Shown: positions 70,185-82,780, counted from the stretch's first letter. The stretch is 124,000 nucleotides of DNA from Hyalangium minutum (GCF_000737315.1 NZ_JMCB01000003.1:20001-144000); one strand, 5' to 3'. Notes: generated by a model from the sequence alone, not told the origin. A program made the numbers and translations.

Positions 70185-71492
70185 ATGGCCATGCGTCGAT
70201 TGTTGGGAGGGTGCTCGGTTCTGGCGGTCTTGCTGTTCGCCTGTGGGGAGCCGGTGGAGACACCTCCGGCTCCTCCTCCGGACGTCCCGCCGACCTATCA
70301 CCGGGACATCGCACCGTTGGTGCAAGAGAAGTGCGGGAGCTGCCACACCCAGGGCGGCATCGCCCCGTTCCCGCTGCAGACCTACGCCCAGGTCTTCGAG
70401 ATGCGCTGGGCCGTCCAGGCGGCGGTGAAGGCGCGCATCATGCCCCCATGGATGCCCGCGCAAGACTGCACGGAGTACCTGCAGGACCACTCGCTCTCGG
70501 AGGAGCAGATCGCGCTCCTCTCCCGCTGGGTGGATGAGGGCGGTGTGGAGGGCGACGTGGCGGGCGCGCCCGGCGGCACCGGAGTCAGTGAGGGAGGACT
70601 CTCGCGCGTCGACCTGGAAGTCTCGATGGCCGAGCCGTTCACGCCCACGCAGAGGCCGGACCAGTACCGCTGCTTCGTGCTCGACTGGCCCGAGACCGCT
70701 ACGCGCTACGTCAGCGGGTTCCGTGGCAACCCGGGGCAGCCGTCGATCGTGCACCACCTCGTCGCGTTCCTTGCCAGGCCGGACGAGGTGGCCACCTTCC
70801 AGGGGCTGGACGCTGCCGATCCTGAGCCCGGCTACCCGTGCTTCGGTGGCCCTGGCCGGCCTGGGAACACGGTGTCGTGGCTCGGGAGCTGGGTGCCCGG
70901 CAGCACCGGCACGGACTACCCTGAGGGGACTGGCATCCAGGTGGAGCCGGGCTCCAAGATCATCCTCCAGCTTCACTACAACCTGAGCAGCGCGAACTCG
71001 GCGCCGGATCGGACCTCCCTGTCCCTGCGTCTGGAGTCCTCGGTGCAGAAGGTGGCCATCATGCAGCCCTGGTCCAACCCGGCCTGGCTGCAACCGGAGG
71101 CCATGCGCATCCCCGCGGGCCAGGCGGACGTCCGGTATCGCTTCGCGTTCGACCTGGTGCCCGTGCTCTCGCGCATCACCCGGGGCGCCTTCCGCGACAA
71201 CGAGCCCATCACCGTGCACACAGCCGCGCTGCACATGCACACGCTGGGCAGCTGGGGGCGCATGGAGATCGAGCGCAAGACGGGCATCAACGACTGCATG
71301 CTCCACATCCCGCGCTGGGACTTCCACTGGCAGAGCAGCTACGTGTTCACCCAGTCCAAGGAGGTCAAGCCCGGGGAGCGCATGGCCATCGAGTGCCACT
71401 GGGACAACAGCCAGCCCAACGCCCAGGACGTCACCTGGGGTGAAGGCACGGGCGACGAGATGTGCCTCGGCACCTTCTACATGACCCAGTAA
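70185..71492 (+). CDS. Copper type II monooxygenase-like lipoprotein with c-type heme motif
   Basis: Lipobox LFAC; CGSCH; VHH, HMH, DEMC. Confidence 0.8.
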   Translation: MAMRRLLGGCSVLAVLLFACGEPVETPPAPPPDVPPTYHRDIAPLVQEKCGSCHTQGGIAPFPLQTYAQVFEMRWAVQAAVKARIMPPWMPAQDCTEYLQDHSLSEEQIALLSRWVDEGGVEGDVAGAPGGTGVSEGGLSRVDLEVSMAEPFTPTQRPDQYRCFVLDWPETATRYVSGFRGNPGQPSIVHHLVAFLARPDEVATFQGLDAADPEPGYPCFGGPGRPGNTVSWLGSWVPGSTGTDYPEGTGIQVEPGSKIILQLHYNLSSANSAPDRTSLSLRLESSVQKVAIMQPWSNPAWLQPEAMRIPAGQADVRYRFAFDLVPVLSRITRGAFRDNEPITVHTAALHMHTLGSWGRMEIERKTGINDCMLHIPRWDFHWQSSYVFTQSKEVKPGERMAIECHWDNSQPNAQDVTWGEGTGDEMCLGTFYMTQ

Positions 71493-71628
71493 GCCCCTTG
71501 GGTGAGGCCGAAATGCTCTTCAGGACATGTTTTTTAGCCTTAGGTTCGGCTAATTAACTCCTAAGGTACTTGAAAATAGCCGATGCGGTCACCATGATGC
71601 GTCGCGTCGGATCAAGCCAGGAGGAGCC

Positions 71629-73002
71629 ATGAGGAAGTGGTTGGCAGTCGCGTTGCTCGCGGGGATGGCGGTACTGGGCGTGCTTCAGCCTGCGGCCCAG
71701 GTGAAGCAAGGAGGCCCCATCAACGCGGCCGACACCGCTTGGATCCTCACCGCGACGGCGCTGGTGCTGCTCATGACGCCGGGCCTGTCCTTCTTCTATG
71801 GCGGCATGGTCCGCCTGAAGAACGTGGTGTCCACCCTCATGCAGAGCTTCATGGCCATGGCGGTCATTAGTCTGTTGTGGGTAGTGGTAGGATTCAGCCT
71901 GAGCTTTGGCGACAGCTTCCACGGGCTCATCGGCGATCCGCGCACCTTCTTCATGTTCAGTGGCGTGGGCGGGGAGACGCACCCGGATCTGGCGCCCACC
72001 ATCCCGCTGATGCTGTTCGCGCTGTTCCAGCTGAAGTTCGCGATCATCACCCCGGCGCTGATCACCGGCGCGTTCGCCGAGCGCGTGCGCTTCAAGGCGT
72101 ACGTCATCTTCATGGTGCTCTTCAGCCTGTTCATCTACGCGCCGCTGGCGCACTGGACGTGGCACCCGGAGGGCTTCCTGCGGCAGTGGGGCGTGCTGGA
72201 CTTCGCGGGCGGCACGGTGGTGCACATGTCTGCGGGTTTCGCGGCGCTGGCCGGAGCCCTGGTGCTGGGGCGGAGGCAGGTGCACCTGGCCAACGTGACG
72301 CACACGCCGGCCAACATCCCCTTCGTCCTGCTGGGCACGGGCATGCTGTGGTTCGGGTGGTTCGGGTTCAACGCGGGCTCGGCGCTGTCGGCCTCGTCCG
72401 CTGCGACGCTGGCCTTCGCGACCACGAATACGGCCTCGGCGGCGGCGATGCTGGGGTGGCTGGCCTTTGACTGGCTGCGCGGCCGTCAGCCGAGCGCCAT
72501 GGGCGCCTGTGTGGGCGCAGTGGTCGGCCTGGTGGCGGTGACGCCGGCGGCCGGCTTCATCACCGTGGGCCAGAGCATCATGGTGGGCCTGGTGGCGAGC
72601 CTCGTGAGCAACGCGGCGGTGCACTTCAAGAGCCGCACCGCGCTGGACGACACGCTGGACGTGTTCCCCTGTCACGGCCTGGGCGGAGTGGTGGGCATGG
72701 TGCTCACCGGCGTGCTGGCCAAGGATGTGGGGCTCGTCTACGGCCAGACCCGCACCTTCCTCATGCACCTGCTGGGGCTGGTGGTGGTCTCGGTCTTCTC
72801 CTTCGTCGGCTCGTACCTGCTCTACAAGCTGGTGGATCGCATCGTCCCGCTGCGCGTGACGCGCGAGCAGGAGGAGCAGGGGCTCGATCTCAGCCAGCAC
72901 GGTGAGACGGTGGGCGAGACCGCCGTGGCTCCTGCGGCACCGGAGGCTCCTCGTTCCGAGCCCACTCCGCCCGCTCAGCCGGGGGTACCGGTCCCCGCGT
73001 AG
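71629..73002 (+). CDS. amtB: Ammonium transporter
   Basis: MTPGL.FFYGG, FQLKFAIIT, DFAGGTVVH, WFGWFGFN, HG.GG. Confidence 0.93.
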   Translation: MRKWLAVALLAGMAVLGVLQPAAQVKQGGPINAADTAWILTATALVLLMTPGLSFFYGGMVRLKNVVSTLMQSFMAMAVISLLWVVVGFSLSFGDSFHGLIGDPRTFFMFSGVGGETHPDLAPTIPLMLFALFQLKFAIITPALITGAFAERVRFKAYVIFMVLFSLFIYAPLAHWTWHPEGFLRQWGVLDFAGGTVVHMSAGFAALAGALVLGRRQVHLANVTHTPANIPFVLLGTGMLWFGWFGFNAGSALSASSAATLAFATTNTASAAAMLGWLAFDWLRGRQPSAMGACVGAVVGLVAVTPAAGFITVGQSIMVGLVASLVSNAAVHFKSRTALDDTLDVFPCHGLGGVVGMVLTGVLAKDVGLVYGQTRTFLMHLLGLVVVSVFSFVGSYLLYKLVDRIVPLRVTREQEEQGLDLSQHGETVGETAVAPAAPEAPRSEPTPPAQPGVPVPA

Positions 73003-73027
73003 GTGTGCAGACGGTGGTGGGTTCGCG

Positions 73028-73065
73028 GCGGCGGCTCCTTTGTTCGGGGCCGCCGCTTTGCTTTT
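73028..73065 (+). terminator. Intrinsic terminator after amt
   Basis: GCGGCGGC...GCCGCCGC followed by TTTGCTTTT. Confidence 0.6.
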
Positions 73066-73083
73066 CTGCTTCTGGAAGAGGGC

Positions 73084-74358
73084 TCAGCGCGACTGCGGCT
73101 GCGAGGCCTGCTCCGAGGCCACGGGCGTGAGCTTCCACGTACCGTACCAGCGGCCTCCCTGGGGATCCTCGGCGAAGGCCACACCTTGGAGCGCTCCGGC
73201 CTGGAGGACCGCGCGGAACTGCACCGTGGTCTCCAGGAACGAGGGATCGCGGATGGAGAAGGTGAGCTCGTTGCTCTGCAGGACCGGCTGGAGGGGAGCC
73301 TCGGCTGTGCCGCCCTGGCTGAAGGTGAGGCGCGCGCGGCCGTTCATCCCGTTCCCCGTGTCTTCGAGAGAGAGGCGCAGGGTGGCGGGTGTCATGCCCG
73401 TCTCAGCGGGGTAGAGGGCCAGCGAGCCGCTCCAGGTGCCTGCGAGCCGGGCCGGCGGAAGGGGCTCGCCCTGAGGCAGGCTGGGGAGGGGGGGATGCGC
73501 GGGCGCTGGGGCCGTGCCGGTGGGGGGGAGCTTCTGCGTGAGAGCCACCTCGGAGCCCACCTGTTGCAGGTAGCGCGCGGTGTCCTCAGGAAGGGACACG
73601 AGCGTCACCGGGTGGGCGGCGTCGAAGCCTGAGCCCGTCCAGGGCGCACCGGTGAGGGTGCCGGGCGCACCCGTGCAGGGCTGGTGGAAGATCGAGGCGA
73701 ACAGGACACAGGCCGAGAGGTAGCTGCCCGCAGGCCCGGGGTGGTGGCCGTCCTGCGCATACAGCTCGAGCTCGGGGTGCTCGCGGCGGACGCGCTCCCA
73801 TGCGACGCCCACAGGGGCGAGCGCGGCACCCAGCTCGGAGGCAATGCGCGCGTAGGCTTGGGTGAGGTGCCCCTGGGCGGCCAGGTTCGCCTTGCGAGAC
73901 CACGTCATATAGAAGAGCGGCTTTGCGCCCACCGCCGAGGCCTGGGCCGCCAGCTGGCGCGCCGCGGGGAAGAACAGCGGCTCGGGATCGCCCAGGTAGG
74001 CCACGCCGTCGATGCGCATGCCTCCCAGCAGGCTCTGCTCCTGGAGCACCACGTGGCTCCATCCACCCTCGGCCATGCGCCGGGAGGCGGTGCCCTCCGT
74101 GAGGAGCCATCGCAGCGTCGCGCCGCCGGTCAGCACGGACTCCGTCTCGATTCGGGACTGCGGGGCCAGGGCGCGCGCGAATCCCTTCAGCATCTCGGGG
74201 ACGCTGTTCTCATACGTGTAGCTGTTGCCGATGAAGAGGACTCGGGTCATGGCGGAGGGACCTGCGTCGGTAGAGGCCTCGGTGGACGGCGGGGGACTGC
74301 GGTCTGTGCGCGAGGTGCAGCCCAGCAGGAGAAGCAGGCTCCAGAACAAGCGGGACAT
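73084..74358 (-). CDS. SGNH/GDSL-like hydrolase lipoprotein
   Basis: Lipobox LLGC; FIGNSYT, VVLQEQS, DGHHP. Confidence 0.8.
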   Translation of the reverse strand: MSRLFWSLLLLLGCTSRTDRSPPPSTEASTDAGPSAMTRVLFIGNSYTYENSVPEMLKGFARALAPQSRIETESVLTGGATLRWLLTEGTASRRMAEGGWSHVVLQEQSLLGGMRIDGVAYLGDPEPLFFPAARQLAAQASAVGAKPLFYMTWSRKANLAAQGHLTQAYARIASELGAALAPVGVAWERVRREHPELELYAQDGHHPGPAGSYLSACVLFASIFHQPCTGAPGTLTGAPWTGSGFDAAHPVTLVSLPEDTARYLQQVGSEVALTQKLPPTGTAPAPAHPPLPSLPQGEPLPPARLAGTWSGSLALYPAETGMTPATLRLSLEDTGNGMNGRARLTFSQGGTAEAPLQPVLQSNELTFSIRDPSFLETTVQFRAVLQAGALQGVAFAEDPQGGRWYGTWKLTPVASEQASQPQSR

Positions 74359-74372
74359 GGCGAGAGGAGCGT

Positions 74373-75116
74373 TCAGAAGCGCCCGGCGAGTCCACCGAGG
74401 ACGCCGCCGTGAGGGGTGACGGTGGCCACTGGAATAACCATCGGCGTGAGGGCCCGGTCGCGTTGCCTTCGGGCGAGGGCCCGCGAGTGGGAGAGCTCGT
74501 AGCCGATCATGCCTCCGACAACAGGTCCGGCGATGAAGGGGATGACCGCCAACTCATCCGCGGAAGAGGCCAGGCCCAGAGCGAGAAGAGAGCCGATCAG
74601 GGTACCGATCGCCGCGCCGCCGGCGGTGGGCCAGTACTCGCCCTCGCCGTGCAGGAGACTTCCCGCGCCGGTGATGCCGAGGGCCGCTCCTCCCGCGAGC
74701 CCTGCCAGGCCGAGACCCAAGCCAAGGATGGCTCGGGAATCCTCTCCGCCGTTGCAGGCGTCATCGCAGAGGATCGCGCTGAAGATGAGGAGTCCTCCGG
74801 GGATGATGCCCACGGAAGCGCCGACGCTCCCTCCGACGAGCTCGAGGAGCAGCCGAGGCGCGGTGGGACTGGGGTCGGTGCCGGCGTACCAGTCGCGACG
74901 GATGATCTCGCCCCGAGACGCGTCCTCAGGGGAGGGCTCGAGGGAATCGCTCGGGGCCGCCTGAGGGCTGTCGGCAGGGGACTCGGGAGGCGCCGGGACG
75001 AGCGGAGGGGGTGTCACGTTGGGGACCGGTTGCTCGAGAGGAGCCGCGTTCTGGGCGAGTCCTGGCAGGGGGAGCAGGAGGCAGAACAGCAGCGGCGCGA
75101 GGCGAGCGGTCGGCAT
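74373..75116 (-). CDS. Hypothetical secreted/membrane protein with Gly-zipper helices
   Basis: Signal peptide, Pro-rich linker, GxxxG helices. Confidence 0.7.
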   Translation of the reverse strand: MPTARLAPLLFCLLLPLPGLAQNAAPLEQPVPNVTPPPLVPAPPESPADSPQAAPSDSLEPSPEDASRGEIIRRDWYAGTDPSPTAPRLLLELVGGSVGASVGIIPGGLLIFSAILCDDACNGGEDSRAILGLGLGLAGLAGGAALGITGAGSLLHGEGEYWPTAGGAAIGTLIGSLLALGLASSADELAVIPFIAGPVVGGMIGYELSHSRALARRQRDRALTPMVIPVATVTPHGGVLGGLAGRF

Positions 75117-75385
75117 GCCCCGCAGCGTAATGCCGTGGGAGTGGGAGCAGGAAGCTCAAGGCATGACAGAACCTGTCCGACAAGTAGACAGGTTCGTGGC
75201 GGCTCCGTCCGGCAGGCGCCGCTGTATCCTGGTGGGCACTGGGGCTGCGGGGTCCCTTGCGCTCATGGGGGTTGCAAGGCAACCTACAAGGTAGGGTCAG
75301 ACCCACGTGACCCAGGATGTCAGACCCGGACGGTAGACCCCTCCCCATGGAAACGGGGATGGGCGTTGGAGAGGATGAAGAGAGC

Positions 75386-75937
75386 ATGGGGCGCAAACCG
75401 GCCACGTACGCGGATCTGGAAGCGTTACCCGAGAACGTGGTGGGGGAGCTGATCGCTGGGGAGCTGTACGTCAGCCCTCGGCCAGCGTCGCGTCACGCCC
75501 GGGCCGCCTCTGTGCTGGGCGTCAAGCTAGGAGGCCCTTTTGACCTGCGAGATGGAGGTCCGGGAGGCTGGGGCATCCTCGACGAACCGGAACTTCACTT
75601 CGGGGAGGATGCGCTGGTGCCAGACTTGGCGGGCTGGAGGCGGGAACGGATGCCCGCGTTGCCGGACACCGCAGCCTTCGAGTTGGCACCGGATTGGGTG
75701 TGCGAGGTGCTCTCTCCGTCCACGGCCTCGCTGGATCGGACCATCAAACTCCCGGTGTATGCCCGTGAAGGGGTCAGCCATCTGTGGCTGGTGGACCCCA
75801 AGGCGCGCACGCTGGAGGTGCTCCGGCTCGACGGGGAGCGCTACACGCTCCTGGGCAAACACGAGGCAGGTGCCCGTGTTCGCGCGGAGCCCTTCGAGGC
75901 GCTCGAACTGGAGCTGGCCCCCCTCTGGGAGATGTAG
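75386..75937 (+). CDS. Uma2 family endonuclease
   Basis: ELIAGEL, PDLAGW, PDWVCEVLSPST, HLWLVDP. Confidence 0.9.
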   Translation: MGRKPATYADLEALPENVVGELIAGELYVSPRPASRHARAASVLGVKLGGPFDLRDGGPGGWGILDEPELHFGEDALVPDLAGWRRERMPALPDTAAFELAPDWVCEVLSPSTASLDRTIKLPVYAREGVSHLWLVDPKARTLEVLRLDGERYTLLGKHEAGARVRAEPFEALELELAPLWEM

Positions 75938-75974
75938 TCCCGAGGAGGGCTCCAGCGGCGCCCCGGTACCGCGG

Positions 75975-77816
75975 TTACGCCTCTTCGCGCTCCTCGCGCT
76001 TGCGGTCACGCTCGGCGCGGTAGCGCTCTCCGAACGCGAGCGACTTCTTGCGCAGGCGCACCGACTTGGGCGTCACCTCCACCAACTCGTCGTCCGCGAT
76101 CCACTCCAGCGCCTTCTCCAGCCCCATCTCGCGAGGCGGCGTGAGGATGACGTTCTCATCCCGGCCCGCGGCGCGGATGTTGGTCAGCTTCTTCTCGCGG
76201 CAGCAGTTGACGTTCAGCTCCGAGGGGTGGGCGTGCTCGCCGATGATCATCCCCTCGTACACCGTCACGCCCGCGCCCACGAACAGCGCCCCGCGCTCCT
76301 GGATGCTGAACAGCGCGTACGGCACCGTCTCGCCCAGGCGGTCGGACACCATCGCGCCGTTGCTCCGCTTCGGGATGTAGCCGAACCACGGCTCGTACCC
76401 GTCGAACTGGCTGCTCATGATGCCCTCACCGCGCGTAATGGTGAGGAACTCCGAGCGGAACCCAATCAGGCCGCGCGCCGGAATCCGGAACTGCAACCGC
76501 GTGCGGCCGGAGCCCAGCTGCGTCATGTCCACCATGCGCCCCTTGCGAGGCCCCAGCCGCTCGGTCACCGCGCCTACGCTGTTCTCGGGCACGTCGCACA
76601 CCAGCAGCTCCATGGGCTCGTGGACCTGTCCCTCGATCGTCTTCGTCAGCGGCTCCGGGTTCGAGGCCGTCAGCTCGTAGCCCTCGCGGCGCATCGTCTC
76701 GATGATGACCGCCAGCTGGAGCTCGCCACGCCCCACCACCCGGAACGCGTCCGGCGTCGCCGTGTCCTCCACGCGGATGGCCACGTTGCGGTAGGACTCG
76801 CGGTACAGGCGCTCGCGCAGGTTGCGGGAGGTGACGTACTTGCCCTCCTTGCCCGCCAGAGGCCCGTCGTTCACCCGGAAGATCATCATCATCGTGGGCT
76901 CTTCCACGGTGATGCGGGGCAGGGCCACCGGGTTCTCCGGATCGGAGATGGTGTCGCCGATCGAGATGTCCTCGATGCCCGCGATGGAGACGATCTCTCC
77001 CGGGCCGGCGTCCTGAATCTCCGTGCGCTTCAGGCCCTGGAAGCCGTACAGCTTGACGATCTTGCCCTTCTCGATCTTGCCACCCTCACGCACCACGGAC
77101 ACAGGCATGTTCGGCGTCAGCTTGCCGGCCAGGATGCGGCCCACCGCGAGGCGGCCCACGTAGTCGTCGTAGTCCAGGTTGGCCACCAGCAGCTGCGGCA
77201 CCGTCTGCTCGCTCTGGGGCGGGGGAGGGATGTGGCTCAGGATCGCCGCGAACAGCGGCTCCAGCGTCTTGCCCGGCACCTCCAGCTGCGTGGAGGCCTG
77301 ACCCTGGCGGGCGATCGTGTAGAGCACCGGCATCTCGAGCTGCGTGTCGTCCGCGCCCAGATCGATGTAGAGCGAGTACACGTGGTCCAGCACTTCCTTG
77401 GCCCGAGCGTCCTGCCGGTCGATCTTGTTGATGACCAGCACCGTCTTCAGGCCCATGGCCAGCGCCTTGCTGAGCACGAAGCGCGTCTGGGGCAGGGGGC
77501 CCTCGGCGGCGTCCACCAGGAGGATGACGCCATCCACCAGGCGCAGGCCGCGCTCCACCTCGCCGCCGAAGTCCGCGTGGCCCGGCGTGTCGATGATGTT
77601 GATCTGGGTTCCCTTGTAGGTAACGGCCGTGTTCTTCGCGAGGATGGTGATGCCCTTCTCGCGCTCGAGGTCGTTGGAGTCCATCACCCGCTCAACGACG
77701 GCTTCGTTGCTGCGGAAGATGCCCGCCTGGCGGAGCATGTGATCGACGAGGGTGGTCTTGCCATGGTCAACGTGGGCGACGATGGCGACGTTACGGATAT
77801 TTTCGCGAGCAATCAT
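75975..77816 (-). CDS. typA: Translational GTPase TypA/BipA
   Basis: [29 protein letters not shown]. Confidence 0.95.
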   Translation of the reverse strand: MIARENIRNVAIVAHVDHGKTTLVDHMLRQAGIFRSNEAVVERVMDSNDLEREKGITILAKNTAVTYKGTQINIIDTPGHADFGGEVERGLRLVDGVILLVDAAEGPLPQTRFVLSKALAMGLKTVLVINKIDRQDARAKEVLDHVYSLYIDLGADDTQLEMPVLYTIARQGQASTQLEVPGKTLEPLFAAILSHIPPPPQSEQTVPQLLVANLDYDDYVGRLAVGRILAGKLTPNMPVSVVREGGKIEKGKIVKLYGFQGLKRTEIQDAGPGEIVSIAGIEDISIGDTISDPENPVALPRITVEEPTMMMIFRVNDGPLAGKEGKYVTSRNLRERLYRESYRNVAIRVEDTATPDAFRVVGRGELQLAVIIETMRREGYELTASNPEPLTKTIEGQVHEPMELLVCDVPENSVGAVTERLGPRKGRMVDMTQLGSGRTRLQFRIPARGLIGFRSEFLTITRGEGIMSSQFDGYEPWFGYIPKRSNGAMVSDRLGETVPYALFSIQERGALFVGAGVTVYEGMIIGEHAHPSELNVNCCREKKLTNIRAAGRDENVILTPPREMGLEKALEWIADDELVEVTPKSVRLRKKSLAFGERYRAERDRKREEREEA

Positions 77817-77986
77817 ACGGACAAAGACTCGAAGCTGAAGGGCAGGGCATTCAGTGGAACAGGTTCACCCTGAATCCCACCGGAACGCACGAGGCGGGGG
77901 CTTATATGCCGCAGCCCCCTCGTCCGCAATGAACGCCGGTCGCTTTGTGCCCCTCGTATCCGCTCCGAGCGGAACTGCTGGGCTGC

Positions 77987-78916
77987 TTACCGGGGCGGAG
78001 TGCCTTCCCCTGAGGGGAGGCGGGGCGGCGGCGGAGCGAGGTGGATGCCCAGCCGGTCGCGCAGGAAGCGCTCGACGCGGAGCTCGACCAGCTCCTTGTA
78101 CTCCAGGGGAGCGGTGTGGGTCCCCAGCGGCACCAGCATCAGCTCGGCGCCGGGGATGCGCTCGGCCATCTTCCGGGAGAGCCGGGCCGGGGTGAACTTG
78201 TCCTTCTCGCCCGCGATGATGAGCGTGGGTACGTCCACGTGGGGCAGATGGTCCCACGCCGTGTGGTTCGCCATGGAGTCCAGCGTCCGGACGAAGACCA
78301 CCGGGTCCATCTTGGCCAGGTGCTCGAAGTAGGGGGCGAAGTCCTCGCGGGACAGCAGATCCCGGTTCACCTCCACCGTGAGGGCCACCTGCATGGCCAA
78401 CTCCGTGCTCAGCAGCGAGTGCACCAGCTTGCCTGCCCGCTCGGGGTACTTCTCCACGAGGTGCCGGATGAGGGGGAAGACGCGCTTGAGGTACGTGGAG
78501 TCGTGGAAGGTGTCGAGCGGGTTGCCGTAGCTGCCGCAGATGAGCACCAGCCCCCGGACGCGGTGCGCGTAGCGGCGGTGGAACTCCAGCGCCACCTGCA
78601 CACCGATGGAGTGTCCGAAGATGACCCCTTGCTTTACCGCGGCCGCGTCCATCACCCGGTCGAGGTCCTCGCAGGTGTAGAGCATGCCGAAGCGGGAGCG
78701 ATCCTGCGGAATCCCCGAGCGGCCATGCCCCCGGTAGTGCCAGCGCAGCACCCGGTGGTCCCGGGCCAGGTAGGGCGTGAGGTACTTCCACGCGAACCCG
78801 TCACAGCCCAGCCCATCGCACAGCACCATGCCGGGCTCGCCGTCGCCGAGCACCTGGAAGTACAGCCCGGCCCCGTCGGGCACCTGGAGGTAGTCCTGCC
78901 GGAAGTAGTGGCTCAT
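77987..78916 (-). CDS. Alpha/beta hydrolase
   Basis: GHSIG nucleophile elbow; GEKD; GTH. Confidence 0.88.
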   Translation of the reverse strand: MSHYFRQDYLQVPDGAGLYFQVLGDGEPGMVLCDGLGCDGFAWKYLTPYLARDHRVLRWHYRGHGRSGIPQDRSRFGMLYTCEDLDRVMDAAAVKQGVIFGHSIGVQVALEFHRRYAHRVRGLVLICGSYGNPLDTFHDSTYLKRVFPLIRHLVEKYPERAGKLVHSLLSTELAMQVALTVEVNRDLLSREDFAPYFEHLAKMDPVVFVRTLDSMANHTAWDHLPHVDVPTLIIAGEKDKFTPARLSRKMAERIPGAELMLVPLGTHTAPLEYKELVELRVERFLRDRLGIHLAPPPPRLPSGEGTPPR

Positions 78917-78919
78917 GGC

Positions 78920-80506
<1,587 letters not shown>

Positions 80507-80611
80507 TCCTCGCGCCCATGTCCCGGGGCAGGACAGCTCGACACATCCCGGTGTCCGATTTTCAGCCGATGCTCATATACTGAGCCAAGGTCGCTGTCTC
80601 AGGGTTCTCCC

Positions 80612-81649
80612 GTGACTACATCGGCGCATACAGAGCGTGGATCGAGGCGAGCCCACAGCGCGAGCCATGGGCACGGCCATGACCATGGGCACGATCACGG
80701 CCATGGCCACGGGCACGATCATGGACATGGCCACGGCCATGGGCCTGGTGGGCCCCCTCGGAGGCCGACCAACCTGGCCGATGAGCGGCGCAAGGATCGG
80801 AATCGGCTGATCTTCGCGCTGATCCTCACGGCCACCATCGCGCTGGCCGAGGCGGTGGGCGGCTTCCTGACGAACTCGCTGGCGTTGATGTCCGACGCCG
80901 GCCACATGCTGACGGACGTATCCGCGCTGGCACTGAGCCTGCTGGCGCTGTGGTTCTCCGGCAAGCCGGCCAACCTCAAGAAGACGTACGGCTACTACCG
81001 GATGGAGATCCTCAGCGCGCTGCTCAACGGCGTGCTGCTGCTGGGGATTACGGTGGTGATCCTCTTGGAGGCCTGGGAGCGCTTCCGCTCTCCGGCGCCG
81101 GTGAACCTGGGGCCCATGGCGGTGGTGGCCCTGGTGGGCTTGGTGGCCAACCTGGCCGCGCTGGGCTTCCTGCACCGGACGCACTCGCTCAACGTGCGTG
81201 GGGCGTTCCTGCACGTGCTGGGGGATGCGCTGTCCAGCGTGGGCGTGCTCCTGGGCGCGGGGATCATGGCCCTGACGGGCTGGTACGTGGTGGACTCCCT
81301 CATCTCCGCCCTCATCTCGGTGGTGATCGTCGTGGGCGCCATCCGCCTGGTGCGCGACGCGGTGGACGTGTTGCTGGAGGCCGTGCCCGCCCACGTGGAC
81401 ATGGAGGCCGTGAAGAATCTGTTGATGCGGGTGCAGGGCGTGACGGCGGTGCACGATCTGCACGTGTGGACCATCTCCAGCGGGCTCTACGCACTGTCGG
81501 TGCACCTGGTGGTGGCCAACGCCCTGGCCTGCAACAACGACGAGATCCTCTCGGCGGTGAAGCACGAGCTGTTCGATCGGTATGGCATCGATCACACGAC
81601 CATCCAGATCGAGAGCGAGACGTACGCCCACTTGGGCGAGGTGCACTGA
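80612..81649 (+). CDS. Cation diffusion facilitator (CzcD/ZitB-like) with His-rich N-terminus
   Basis: (HG/HD)n tract; SDAGHMLTD; HVLGD; HDLHVW. Confidence 0.92.
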   Translation: MTTSAHTERGSRRAHSASHGHGHDHGHDHGHGHGHDHGHGHGHGPGGPPRRPTNLADERRKDRNRLIFALILTATIALAEAVGGFLTNSLALMSDAGHMLTDVSALALSLLALWFSGKPANLKKTYGYYRMEILSALLNGVLLLGITVVILLEAWERFRSPAPVNLGPMAVVALVGLVANLAALGFLHRTHSLNVRGAFLHVLGDALSSVGVLLGAGIMALTGWYVVDSLISALISVVIVVGAIRLVRDAVDVLLEAVPAHVDMEAVKNLLMRVQGVTAVHDLHVWTISSGLYALSVHLVVANALACNNDEILSAVKHELFDRYGIDHTTIQIESETYAHLGEVH

Positions 81650-81733
81650 GGGGCCTGCGCGGCGGCCGGGAGACGACGCTCCGTGAGGAGTTGTCTTGCG
81701 TGGGCCGGAGAGTCGGACCATCCTCGGCGGCCC

Positions 81734-82777
81734 ATGAGTGTGCTGGACAAGGTGCTGTCGTTGCGGCCGGCGAACGCGGTGTCCCGGCTGGGACCTGGGT
81801 CCCGGCTGCCGCTGCTCAGCCCGATGGAACTGCTCCGCGCGATGGAGGGCTCTCCGGCAGCCCTGCCATGCGTGCCCGTGCGTGCCAAGGCGGCCATTCC
81901 GGGGCTGCTGACGGCGGCCCGGGCGGAGGACTCGGTGCTGGGGCTGGCGTGCTCCCACCCCCTGGCGGATCGCGGCGCCACGGAGCGCTTCCTGTCCGCC
82001 GTGAGGACCTCCGCGGCCGACTCCGAGCACGCGCGCCCCCTGTTCCTCCAGGCCGGGCCCGTACGCGTGGCCAAGCCCAAGCCGGAGGGCTTGGCGGTGC
82101 AGCAGGAAGCCATCTTCCGCCTGGTGGACGATGGGTTCACCCTCATCTCGCTGGACGTGTCCAAGCTGGATGCCGCCTCGGCCGTCGAGGTGATCCGCTC
82201 GCTGGCGGGCCCGCTGCGGGAGCGGGAACTGCCCATGGAGCTGACCCTGCCCGCGCGCCCACGAGAGGGCACCAGCGTGACGGACACGGCGCGCCCCATG
82301 CTGGAGGGCCTGCGCAAGGCCGGGATTCCGGTGGGCTTCCTCCGGGTGCCCGCGGCGGAGTTCGGCGAGGAGGACCTGGACGTGGGGCTGCTGCACCTCC
82401 TGGTGGAGCTGGCCACGAAGTTCGGTGTGAGCGTGACGGTGGCGGAGGTGACGGAGCGCTCCCTGCGTTCGCTGCCCACGTTCGTGGCGGCTGGGGTGCG
82501 CAAGGTGGACTGCGCCGCGCCCTTCGAGCGGCTCTCGCTGGCCGCGTGGCCGGCGGAGGCGCGGACCTTGCTGGAGCAGAAGGCGGGGGCCGCCGGAATG
82601 GCCCCGGGCGAACTGCTCGGGCTGCTCGAGGAGCAGTTCCCGGCGTTGGAGACCTCCGCGCGCGAGCGGCTGGAGGCCCTGTCCTTCACCGAGGCCACCG
82701 AGATGATCTCCCTGCTGGGCGCATCCAGGACGGGCTGGCGCTCCATGGTGTGGCTGGCCGAGAACCGGGGCGACTGA
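81734..82777 (+). CDS. Hypothetical protein, possibly a degenerate class II aldolase TIM barrel
   Basis: Weak similarity (AARAEDSVLGL; GFTLISLDVS). Confidence 0.55.
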   Translation: MSVLDKVLSLRPANAVSRLGPGSRLPLLSPMELLRAMEGSPAALPCVPVRAKAAIPGLLTAARAEDSVLGLACSHPLADRGATERFLSAVRTSAADSEHARPLFLQAGPVRVAKPKPEGLAVQQEAIFRLVDDGFTLISLDVSKLDAASAVEVIRSLAGPLRERELPMELTLPARPREGTSVTDTARPMLEGLRKAGIPVGFLRVPAAEFGEEDLDVGLLHLLVELATKFGVSVTVAEVTERSLRSLPTFVAAGVRKVDCAAPFERLSLAAWPAEARTLLEQKAGAAGMAPGELLGLLEEQFPALETSARERLEALSFTEATEMISLLGASRTGWRSMVWLAENRGD

Positions 82778-82780
82778 CAC

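Noticed and set aside
75386-75937. Uma2 or HNH genes as a defence island
   Set aside because: Isolated genes from families abundant in myxobacteria; no other defence genes nearby
80666-80745. Short tandem DNA repeats (CATGGGCACG-like)
   Set aside because: They encode the His-rich tail of the CDF transporter; there are no spacers, so not CRISPR
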